From positions 300,001-332,000 of the forward strand of contig NC_002939.5 in NCBI RefSeq assembly GCF_000007985.2: a stretch of DNA of 32,000 nt, read 5' to 3'. A program made the position numbers and the translations under genes. This DNA is from Geobacter sulfurreducens PCA (GTDB taxonomy: Bacteria; Desulfobacterota; Desulfuromonadia; Geobacterales; Geobacteraceae). The notes under the pieces are model-generated. The model did not search any database, was not told where the DNA came from, and worked only from the letters and a program-made list of their open reading frames with translations. This document shows, one piece after another, positions 7,914 to 15,409 of the stretch. Positions within the stretch are counted from its first letter, which is position 1; each line of letters begins with the position of its first letter.

Positions 7914-9266
7914 TCAGAGGCCGGTGAGGTTGTAACGGCGGATTTTATCCTTGAAGGTGTTGTAACTGACTCCCAGCAACCGGGCGGCCTGTTGCTTTTT
8001 CCCGTCGGTGGCCGCCAATGCCTGGATGATGGCCCATTTTTCCAGTTCCACCAGGTCGAGAGACGATGGCAGTAAGTCAGGGACTATGGGGCTGGTGGCC
8101 TGGCCGATGAGGGGCTTGAGACCAGCGTCGGAGATGGGGTTTCCCGCCATGAACAGGGCCCTGCGCATGAGTTGCTTGAGCTGACGCAGGTTGCCGGGCC
8201 ATTGCTGCTGCTGGAGCAGTTCTTCAGCCTCTGTTGTCATGCTGGGGCAGTGACGTCCGAATTCATCTGCAGCAACGGCCAGGAAGAAACGGGCGAGAAG
8301 CGGGATGTCGGATCGACGTTCACGAAGGGGGGGTAGCGTCACTTCGACGTCTTTGAGCCGCTCGAGCAGCTCCTGGCTGAACGTTCCTGCCTGCGCCAGT
8401 TTATCCAGATTGGCGCCGGTAACCGTGATCACGCGCAGATTGCACGCAACCGGCCTGATGGAACCATTTGGCACGAACATGCCGTCTTCGAGCAGATTGA
8501 ACAGTCTTTGCTGCAGTTGCAACGGCAGTCGTTCCGGCCCGTCAAGCAGCAGCGTGCCTCCATCCGCCTCGGAAAGCAGCTCCGTGGCGCCGGAGGATGG
8601 TCTGCCCCGTCCCTTGGCTTCGCCAAAGAGCTCCTTCTCCAACTGCTCCGGAGTTCGTGCCAGGCAGTCGACCGCAAGAAACGGTTGGGTTTTGCGTTTG
8701 CTCAAGGCATGAACTTTTGCGGCCAGAAAGTTTTTGCCTGTTCCGGGCTCTCCGAGGAGCATCACTGAAAGGTCTGTATCGGCAACCCGCTGCAGTTGTT
8801 CGGCAATGGGACGCATGATGGAGCCTTCTCCCAGCAGGCCGTTAGAGATTGCGGCCTCGGAGCGCAGACGGGCTATTTCTCGCCGGTTGACGCAGGGAAG
8901 GCTCGCCAGTCTGATGGCATGTTGCAGTTTCTCCAGATCGATCGGCTTGCTGACATAGGCCGCAACTCCCAATTCGATAGCTTTCAGAAGATGGTCTGTT
9001 TCGTGGAGGGCTGTGCAGAGGACAACGGGGAGATCGGGAAGTTCGGTCTTGAGCAGCGATGCAAGGGTCAAGCCGTCCATTGCCGGCATCCGGATATCGC
9101 TGACTACCACGTCGGGGCACTCAGCCCTGATCATGCGCATGGCCTCTTTCCCGTCACAGGCACTCAATACTCGTGAAAAATGCATGCGCAGAGCGAACAC
9201 GACCTGTTCCCTCAGCACCGGCTCATCTTCAACATACAGGATTGTCACATCGGTCAGTTCGCCCAT
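7914..9266 (-). CDS. Response regulator with REC, a degenerate sigma54-interaction (AAA+) domain and a Fis-type HTH
   Basis: REC motifs are ILYVEDEP, VVVSDIRMPAMDG and SKP. Walker A is GEPGTGKN. The C-terminal HTH is KKQQAARLLGVSYNTFKDKIRRYNL. I place the start at ATG 9266 (MGELTDV...) rather than the track start 9323, because it lies 1 nt after the TGA (9270-9268) of the kinase C-terminal frame. GAFTGA, the Walker B Glu and the FRED Arg are all replaced (see findings). Confidence 0.85.
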   Translation of the reverse strand: MGELTDVTILYVEDEPVLREQVVFALRMHFSRVLSACDGKEAMRMIRAECPDVVVSDIRMPAMDGLTLASLLKTELPDLPVVLCTALHETDHLLKAIELGVAAYVSKPIDLEKLQHAIRLASLPCVNRREIARLRSEAAISNGLLGEGSIMRPIAEQLQRVADTDLSVMLLGEPGTGKNFLAAKVHALSKRKTQPFLAVDCLARTPEQLEKELFGEAKGRGRPSSGATELLSEADGGTLLLDGPERLPLQLQQRLFNLLEDGMFVPNGSIRPVACNLRVITVTGANLDKLAQAGTFSQELLERLKDVEVTLPPLRERRSDIPLLARFFLAVAADEFGRHCPSMTTEAEELLQQQQWPGNLRQLKQLMRRALFMAGNPISDAGLKPLIGQATSPIVPDLLPSSLDLVELEKWAIIQALAATDGKKQQAARLLGVSYNTFKDKIRRYNLTGL

Positions 9267-9267
9267 A

Positions 9268-11110
9268 TCACGCCTCTTCTGCCGCGGGGAGGATGATAGT
9301 GAAATCCGTCTCACCCGGTTCACTGGAAAAGGACATTTTACCCCCCATGCTATCCTCGATGATCATGCGGGACATGTAGAGTCCAATTCCTGTTCCTCCT
9401 TTTGGTGTAGTACGGCTCGAAAATCCGGCCCTTGCTCTCGGGGGCAATCCCGCATCCATTGTCCCGCACCAGAATCTCGATGGAATTGTGTCGTTTAATG
9501 ACTACTATCATGATTTCTCCCGCAACGGCAGGTTCGACGGACTGGCGCTCCCTGATCGCGTCGCGGGCATTCGACAGCAGATTGACGATCACCTGGGTGA
9601 ATTCATTGGGAAAACCTGAGATCGCCGCGGGTCCGTGATCCTGCTCCAGAACATGGGAACTGATGCGGATGCCTGAGATCTGGGGCTCCATGATGCTGAC
9701 GGCTTTCTTGATCTGCGCGACGGCATCCAGGGCCTCCTTCTGCTTGTCCGGTCGGAAAAACCTGCGAAACGTATCTATCGTTTCCGACATCTGGTGGATC
9801 TGCTTCATCGCGGTTTCGACCGAGCTGTCCAGATAGGCCTGGTTCAGTTGTGACGAGTGCCAAGCGTTTCTGATGTTCTGCACGATCATGCCCACGGTGG
9901 ACAGTGGCTGGCGCCACTGGTGGGCAACGGCCGCCAGCATGTCTCCCATTGCCGCAAGTCGGGCATGGTTGGCCAGCAGGCGCTCTCGCTCGAGCCGTCG
10001 TGTCGTTTCTGATTCCACCCGCTCTTGCAGGGTGTGGTTCAGTTCCCGCAGATTTTGTTCTGATGCTCGCAGGTTGCGCTCAGCCTCTTTCAGGTCGCTG
10101 ATGTCGTGCAACTGTACCAACAGGCCGCGACTGACGCCGCCCGATTGCAGCGGCAAACTGGAAATGCTCCAGTGGTGGCCGGCATCGGCTGTGTCGGCCG
10201 CGTACGAATTTCTCGGCACAGTGGTCGGCTGAGCTAGATGGGTTTCCAGTTCGGGGATACGAGTCAGGATAACCCGGCAGATGTCGGCGAGATCATGATC
10301 CGGTTTGTCGCCGGCAAGGATCCGTGCAGAATTGTTGCAGTCCGCCAATGCCCCGTGAATGTCGAACACCAGCACTGGATCCCCGAGTTGCGCAAATAGC
10401 GCGGTCCGGGCCAGCGGGGCGATGTCAAGCAGGCGATACCGAAAAATGGCCACCACATAGAGGGAGCCCGAGATAAACAGGCTGGAGGTGGTCATGGAGA
10501 AGCCTTTGACCGGTGTTATGGCCAGCAACTCGACGAGGATCGGTAGGGCCGTGGCGGCAATGAGCAGCGCAAACCGGAGGCCCTGGCCGCGCGGGGAGCG
10601 CCTCAAAGCTTGACCGAACAGTACGATGGCAACGATGTTGGCGAAGATGACGTAGAGTTGGTGTATCGGGAAGTACGGTCCATTTTCAAATCCGAGCAAT
10701 AGCAGGGGGCCGCTGGAGTAGAGATACATATCATGACGGAAGATCAGGTGAAATTCGTTGGTCCAGACCAGGAGTAGAGAGAGTGCCGGGACAACACAGA
10801 TCAAAGCCAACCGGCGTCGCGTCAACCAGTCACTGCGGCCGATCGATTCGAGGGCCAGCGCGATTACTGACGGGGCTATCAGGCACACGAAAGTGACTCC
10901 CATCTGGAAGAACCGTATCTTCAGGGAGAGCGATGTGGCGGCGGTATTGAGGGCGTACGCACATGACCATCCTGCCATGCCGATCATGAGAAAGAATAGC
11001 GGCTGCGCTGCCGGCAGCCGTCTGTTGCGCCATGAATAGGCGGCAAGCACGGCATTCACGAGAAAGGAAAGGATGGGCAGAATCAGGTAGGGGCTGATGT
11101 AAAAGGGCAT
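9268..11110 (-). pseudogene. Sensor histidine kinase (N-terminal multi-pass 7TM-type domain, PAS, HisKA, HATPase_c) with an apparent 1-nt frameshift. It is either a sequencing error or a real pseudogene.
   Basis: Track ORF 9350..11110 carries about 7 hydrophobic helices, an H-box (AAVAHQWRQPLSTV) and an N-box, then ends aberrantly (IFEPYYTKRRNRNWTLHVPHDHRG*). The overlapping frame 9268..9459 carries the missing G2 box and C-terminus (KGGTGIGLYMSRMIIEDSMGGKMSFSSEPGETDFTIILP). The frames switch at an A4 run (T4 on the + strand, 9400-9403). ATG is at 11110. Confidence 0.8.
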
Positions 11111-11442
11111 GATGGAATAGTAGGTAGAATCGATCAGATGTTCAATGAATTTTAAGGTGCGACAACGCCCGGCTCAATGCCGGGATGCTGGCATCGGGAG
11201 ACTTCTTCAGATTCTACCACGTGACATGGATATCGCACGTTAAGGCCGAGAAGAAGTGCGGACACGGTGGGGAGACGCAGGAGTTACCGAGGATGTTGGT
11301 GCGCTGCCGGCGCGAGTATGAAATATATGTCGGAGAGAGCAAGGGAGTTTGCGGCCTGTTTTGCCGCAGGATCGGGTACCTGCGTGAAGGCTCATGCATT
11401 CCGCCACGCGTGCGGCGAAGGGCACCCGTCAGGCCCCGAACG

Positions 11443-11481
11443 TGATCAAGGGATTAGGAAGTTGTCCTAATCCCTTGATCA
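11443..11481. repeat. Perfect 17-bp-stem hairpin (5-nt loop) lying 5 nt past the tRNA-Ala 3' end
   Basis: TGATCAAGGGATTAGGA / AGTTG / TCCTAATCCCTTGATCA, paired base by base. On the tRNA strand the U4 run lies before the stem, not after it, so this is not a canonical intrinsic terminator. Confidence 0.6.
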
Positions 11482-11485
11482 AAAG

Positions 11486-11561
11486 TGGTGGAGACGAAGG
11501 GGATCGAACCCTCGACCTATGCGTTGCGAACGCATCGCTCTCCCAGCTGAGCTACGTCCCC
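11486..11561 (-). tRNA. tRNA-Ala (anticodon CGC), 76 nt, CCA encoded
   Basis: The reverse complement is GGGGACGTAGCTCAGCTGGGAGAGCGATGCGTTCGCAACGCATAGGTCGAGGGTTCGATCCCCTTCGTCTCCACCA. It folds as a cloverleaf with 7-bp acceptor, 4-bp D, 5-bp anticodon and 5-bp T stems. The anticodon loop is TTCGCAA. The G3:U70 alanine identity pair and the GTTCGATCC T-loop are present. Confidence 0.95.
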
Positions 11562-11586
11562 GGAGGAATTGTGTGCGAAGCGATAG

Positions 11587-11615
11587 TATATAACCCAATC
11601 CGTTGGAGTTGAAAA
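11587..11615 (-). promoter_or_regulatory. Possible sigma70-type promoter for tRNA-Ala (TTTTCA-N17-TATATA)
   Basis: On the minus strand the -35 TTTTCA is at 11615-11610 and the -10 TATATA at 11592-11587, with a 17-nt spacer. This sits about 25 nt upstream of the mature tRNA 5' end. Motif match only. Confidence 0.3.
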
Positions 11616-11623
11616 CTAAAAAA

Positions 11624-13426
11624 TCAGGGTGACGTGGGGAGAACTACCGTGAAGAGGGCGCCTCCTTCGGGTCGGTTTTCGACTTCGATCCGTCCGCCGT
11701 GGTTGGTAATGATCCGGTGCACGATGGCGAGGCCGAGACCGGTCCCTTTTTCCTTGGTGGTAAAGAAGGGGGTGAAGATCGAGTGACGGACATCGGGGGC
11801 GATGCCGCTGCCGGTGTCGCCCACCTTGACGGATACGGCCCGCTTGCCGTCGATCCGTGCCAGGCCGGTTTCGATGGTGAGAACCCCCTGCGGTTCCATG
11901 ACATCCAGGGCGTTGCTTATCAGGTTGGTGAAGACGTGACGGAGCTGCTGGCAATCGCCCAGCAGGGTCGGCAAGCGGGAGGCGAAGCGCTTGTCAACGA
12001 CAATCTCCCTCTGTTCCAGAGGGACGGCCATGGTTGCCAGCCCGTCTTCGATGATCTGGTTGATGCCGCAGCGGGTATAGCAGATGGTGGTTTTTCGCGA
12101 GAAAAAGAGGATGTCACTCAGCATTTTTTCCAGATGCTGCACCTCGCGCCCGATGACATCGGCGTAAAGCCACTCCTCTGACTCGGGGGTGAATTTCCTT
12201 TTGAGCCTGCCGGCAAAGCCTCCCACTGAAACGAGAGGATTCTTGATCTCGTGAGCGATGCTGGCCGCCATCCGGCCGATGGCCGCCAGTTTTTCCTCTT
12301 GAAGGAGTCGCTCCTTGGCGTCCTGAAGGTTGCGGTTCGTTTCTTCGAGCCGATGGAAAAGGATCGAGTTTTCGATGGCCATTCCGGCCTGGCCGGAAAC
12401 CAGGTGGAGGATGCCGAGATCGTCGCCGGCCAGGGGGCGGTCCGTGAGACGGTTGTCGACGACAATGGCGCCGACAACGCGGTCTTGGGACACGAGGGGA
12501 GCGACTGCATAGGACGATGTGCCGAACTGTTTCGTGAGGGTCCGGTCAACCGGCTGTTCCTGGTCGGGATGCTGCACGTGGAGCAGGGTGCGCTCCAGAA
12601 CAGCCCGGGATATCTGGTTGAGGGACGCATCAAGGGGGAGGCGGGTGGCCTTGACGACGGAGTCGAAGTCGGCGTTCCGGACGGGGAACCGTCGCTTTGT
12701 CCTTGGCTCGGACGGCGCGTTGCTGTCGGTCTGCCGTGCTGACGTGATGCCCATCATCCCCTGGAGAATGCCGGCGCGCTCATTGAGCAGAAAGAGCATG
12801 GCCCGATCGAACAGTGGCGGCTGGTCGGACGTGAGGGCTGTCAGCAGCAGGTGGATGAGCCGGTTGAGCTCAATGGTCGACAGCATGACCCCATTGATGC
12901 GGTTGAGGAAGGAGAGTTCCCTGATACGCTTTTCCACCGATTCAAGCTGACGCTTGCAGCGCATTACGCCGGCAGCTTCGATGAGGACTACGGCGAGCAT
13001 GTCCCGGTCGTCGTCGGTCAGGGGCGCGTCATGGGCGAACCCCAGGGCGAGGACCCCCAGAGACTGTCCCTGGCAGCTGACTGGAAAGGCAGCGATGGTT
13101 CGTTCATTGCCCGTTACGACTTCATCGGGATGGCATCCCGCGCAGTCCTGCCGGATCGGCTTGCCGCTTGAGGCGCACAGCCCGGCAATGCCGCGTCCGC
13201 CGGGAATACGGCAGTCTCTGCTGCAGATGTCGGAGAAGGCGCTGGATATTTTGCGGACGATAACACGGCCGTCGCCGTCCAGAAGATAGAATGTGGCGGA
13301 AAGGGCTCCGAACGCCTCGGCAATGAGAAGGGCAAGGGTCTTGAGCCGTTCATCATGGGAGCGCTCGGTCGCGTTGGCGATCCGAATGGCGCTGCTCAGT
13401 ATGGTGTAGGGATCGTGAACAGCCAT
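11624..13426 (-). CDS. Soluble sensor histidine kinase with two GAF-like domains, HisKA and HATPase_c
   Basis: H-box is AASIAHEIKNPLVSVGGF. The ATP-binding region is NLISNALD ... GDTGSGIAPDVRHSIFTPFFTTKEKGTGLGLAIVHRIITNHGGRIEV. No TM segment is visible. I place the start at ATG 13426 (MAVHDPY..., GGAG 10 nt upstream), because the longer track ORF would overlap dksA. Confidence 0.85.
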   Translation of the reverse strand: MAVHDPYTILSSAIRIANATERSHDERLKTLALLIAEAFGALSATFYLLDGDGRVIVRKISSAFSDICSRDCRIPGGRGIAGLCASSGKPIRQDCAGCHPDEVVTGNERTIAAFPVSCQGQSLGVLALGFAHDAPLTDDDRDMLAVVLIEAAGVMRCKRQLESVEKRIRELSFLNRINGVMLSTIELNRLIHLLLTALTSDQPPLFDRAMLFLLNERAGILQGMMGITSARQTDSNAPSEPRTKRRFPVRNADFDSVVKATRLPLDASLNQISRAVLERTLLHVQHPDQEQPVDRTLTKQFGTSSYAVAPLVSQDRVVGAIVVDNRLTDRPLAGDDLGILHLVSGQAGMAIENSILFHRLEETNRNLQDAKERLLQEEKLAAIGRMAASIAHEIKNPLVSVGGFAGRLKRKFTPESEEWLYADVIGREVQHLEKMLSDILFFSRKTTICYTRCGINQIIEDGLATMAVPLEQREIVVDKRFASRLPTLLGDCQQLRHVFTNLISNALDVMEPQGVLTIETGLARIDGKRAVSVKVGDTGSGIAPDVRHSIFTPFFTTKEKGTGLGLAIVHRIITNHGGRIEVENRPEGGALFTVVLPTSP

Positions 13427-13464
13427 CCAAGACTCCGCGGGAAGGGGGCGAGGGGGAGAAGTGG

Positions 13465-13821
13465 TCAGGGATGTTTTTCTTTTCTTTCCTGCTCCATCTT
13501 GCAGTCGATGCAGAGGGTGGTGACGGGGCGTGCCTTGAGGCGTCCCTCGCCGATTTCCTCGCCGCACACTTCGCAGGTCCCGAAGGTGCCGTCGTCGATG
13601 CGCTCGAGGGCCTCTCTGATTTTGTTGATGAGTTTGCGCTCCCGGTCTCTGATTCGCAGCTCGAAGTTGCGGTCCGACTCCTGGGTGGCCCGGTCGTTGG
13701 GGTCGGGAAACGGCGTGCTGTCTGAAGTCATCTCGGAGACGGTCTTGCCTGCCTCATCGAGGAGGGTCCGCATCTCTTCGTTGAGTATGGTTCTGAAGTA
13801 TTCAAGCTTCTCGCTTTCCAT
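13465..13821 (-). CDS. dksA: DksA/TraR-family C4 zinc-finger RNA polymerase-binding regulator
   Basis: 118 aa. A coiled-coil region carries a DxxDxA tip (DPNDRA). The C4 finger is CEVCGEEIGEGRLKARPVTTLCIDC. AAGGAG lies upstream of ATG 13821. Confidence 0.88.
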   Translation of the reverse strand: MESEKLEYFRTILNEEMRTLLDEAGKTVSEMTSDSTPFPDPNDRATQESDRNFELRIRDRERKLINKIREALERIDDGTFGTCEVCGEEIGEGRLKARPVTTLCIDCKMEQERKEKHP

Positions 13822-13905
13822 TCACCGAATCTCCTTTATGTATAACTGCTGTAAATAGTAAGAGAAACGGCTAATCAAGTAAAGGAAAAAAGCGCGTCGG
13901 ATCAG

Positions 13906-15258
13906 TCAGAAGAGCTGTTCCAGCGCTTCATCCAGGGATTTCACTCCCACAACGTTCATGCCGGGAACATCGCCGACCTGTCGGACGCTGCCGGCGGGGA
14001 TAACCGCCCGTGTGAAGCCCAGCTTGGCGGCCTCGCGGACCCGTGTCTCCGCCTGGGTAATGGCGCGGACTTCCCCCGCAAGGCCCACCTCGCCGACAAT
14101 GACCGTGTGGGGATCGATTATTTTGTCCAAGTGGCTTGATGCGAGGGCCGCCACCATGCCCAGGTCGATGGCCGGCTCGCTGAGCCGTGCGCCGCCGGCG
14201 GCGTTCAGGAAGATGTCCTGCCCCGACAGGTGGAGGCCGACTTTTTTGTCGAGCACGGCTACCAGGAGCGCGAGGCGGTTATGGTCAACCCCGAGAGTGG
14301 TGCGGCGTGGAACGCCCAGGGATGAGGGGGTGACCAGTGCCTGCAGTTCCACCAGCAGCGGTCGGCTCCCCTCGATGGTGGTGACGACGGCGGACCCCGA
14401 AACGCCGAGCGGCCGTTCGGCCAGGAAGAGCTCCGAGGGGTTTCTCACTTCGCTGAGGCCGCCCTCTTTCATCTCGAATACACCGATTTCATTGGTTGAG
14501 CCGAAGCGGTTCTTGACGGCCCTGAGAATCCTGAAGGCATGCCCCGGGTCCCCTTCGAAGTAGAGCACCGTGTCGACCATGTGCTCCAGCACCCGTGGGC
14601 CCGCCAGGGAGCCGTCCTTGGTCACGTGTCCCACAAGGAGGGTGGGGATGCCGTTGCGCTTGGCCAGCTCCATGAGCCTGCCGGCGCACTCGCGCACCTG
14701 GCTGACGCTGCCGGGCGCCGATTCGAGGTTCGCGCTGAAAACGGTCTGGATGGAGTCGATCACAAGGGCCCGGGGGGCGAGAGCGGTAACTTGGGACAGG
14801 ATGAGTTCGAGGGAGGTCTCGGCGAGGACGAGCAGTTCACGTGCTCCGATGCCCAGGCGTTCGCCGCGCATTTTTGTTTGTCGCGCCGATTCCTCTCCCG
14901 ATACGTAGAGAACCGGTCCCGCGGTCCGCGCAAGGTGGTCCATGACTTGCAAAAGAATGGTGGATTTGCCGATGCCGGGGTCGCCGCCGATGAGCACCAG
15001 GGAGCCGGAGACGAGACCACCGCCCAGTACCCGGTCGAATTCGGAGATGCCGCACGACAGGCGTGTTTCCGCCTCGCTGGCCACATCACAGATGGGGACC
15101 GGGCGGGTGGCTGCGGGCAGGGAGGCGGCACCCTTTCGTCCGCCGCCGGTGACTTCCTCGACAAAACTGTTCCAGGCGGCGCAGTCGGGGCATTTCCCAA
15201 GCCATTTGGCCGATTGGTAGCCGCATTTCTGGCAGGCATAACGGGTTACGGTTTTCAC
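13906..15258 (-). CDS. radA: DNA repair protein RadA/Sms
   Basis: N-terminal zinc finger CQKCGYQSAKWLGKCPDC, Walker A GGDPGIGKST, the KNRFG motif and a Lon-like C-terminal domain are present. I prefer GTG 15258 (VKTVTRYAC..., GAGGA upstream, 451 aa). The track ORF extends to another GTG at 15354. Confidence 0.9.
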   Translation of the reverse strand: MKTVTRYACQKCGYQSAKWLGKCPDCAAWNSFVEEVTGGGRKGAASLPAATRPVPICDVASEAETRLSCGISEFDRVLGGGLVSGSLVLIGGDPGIGKSTILLQVMDHLARTAGPVLYVSGEESARQTKMRGERLGIGARELLVLAETSLELILSQVTALAPRALVIDSIQTVFSANLESAPGSVSQVRECAGRLMELAKRNGIPTLLVGHVTKDGSLAGPRVLEHMVDTVLYFEGDPGHAFRILRAVKNRFGSTNEIGVFEMKEGGLSEVRNPSELFLAERPLGVSGSAVVTTIEGSRPLLVELQALVTPSSLGVPRRTTLGVDHNRLALLVAVLDKKVGLHLSGQDIFLNAAGGARLSEPAIDLGMVAALASSHLDKIIDPHTVIVGEVGLAGEVRAITQAETRVREAAKLGFTRAVIPAGSVRQVGDVPGMNVVGVKSLDEALEQLF

Positions 15259-15347
15259 GGGGTGTCCTCGTCTCGGGAGTGAGCGGATACTACCGCCTTG
15301 ACACTCGGCTGTCAATCGACCGTCGGCATTAGGTGAAGTCTGTGAGT

Positions 15348-15377
15348 TTGACACCTGTTTGTCGCGTACGTTACTAT
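15348..15377 (+). promoter_or_regulatory. Possible sigma70 promoter for the HEAT / HD-GYP gene pair (TTGACA-N18-TACTAT)
   Basis: TTGACA is at 15348-15353 and TACTAT at 15372-15377, followed by GGAGGGGG (15401-15408) and ATG 15410. Motif match only. Confidence 0.4.
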
Positions 15378-15409
15378 CACATGCGATCGCTTTTCGACCC
15401 GGAGGGGGA

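Noticed and set aside
9268-9459. Track ORF of 63 aa, considered as an independent small gene between kinase and regulator.
   Set aside because: Its sequence is the G2 box and C-terminus of a HATPase_c domain. It continues the kinase after a 1-nt frame change, so it is part of the kinase gene.
1-11485. The idea that the kinase/regulator/adhesin block is a genomic island integrated at the 3' end of tRNA-Ala.
   Set aside because: The window holds no integrase and no direct repeat of the tRNA 3' end that I could spot. The block's GC content looks like the rest of the window. The idea cannot be excluded without the sequence beyond position 1 and comparative genomes.
11185-11612. Overlapping 60-90-aa track ORFs on both strands in the tRNA-flanking spacer (11185..11445, 11214..11399, 11240..11425, 11267..11470, 11394..11612).
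   Set aside because: They are mutually overlapping, Arg/Cys/Pro-rich and lack SD sequences. One runs straight through the tRNA gene. None has a recognisable motif.
15259-15409. Longer N-terminal extensions: radA from GTG 15354 and the HEAT gene from TTG 15359 (track coordinates).
   Set aside because: These starts would leave only 4 nt between divergent starts. They would add 32 residues upstream of the conserved RadA zinc-finger N-terminus and place the HEAT start inside a good TTGACA-N18-TACTAT promoter. GTG 15258 and ATG 15410 both have SD-like sequences. This is still only an inference.
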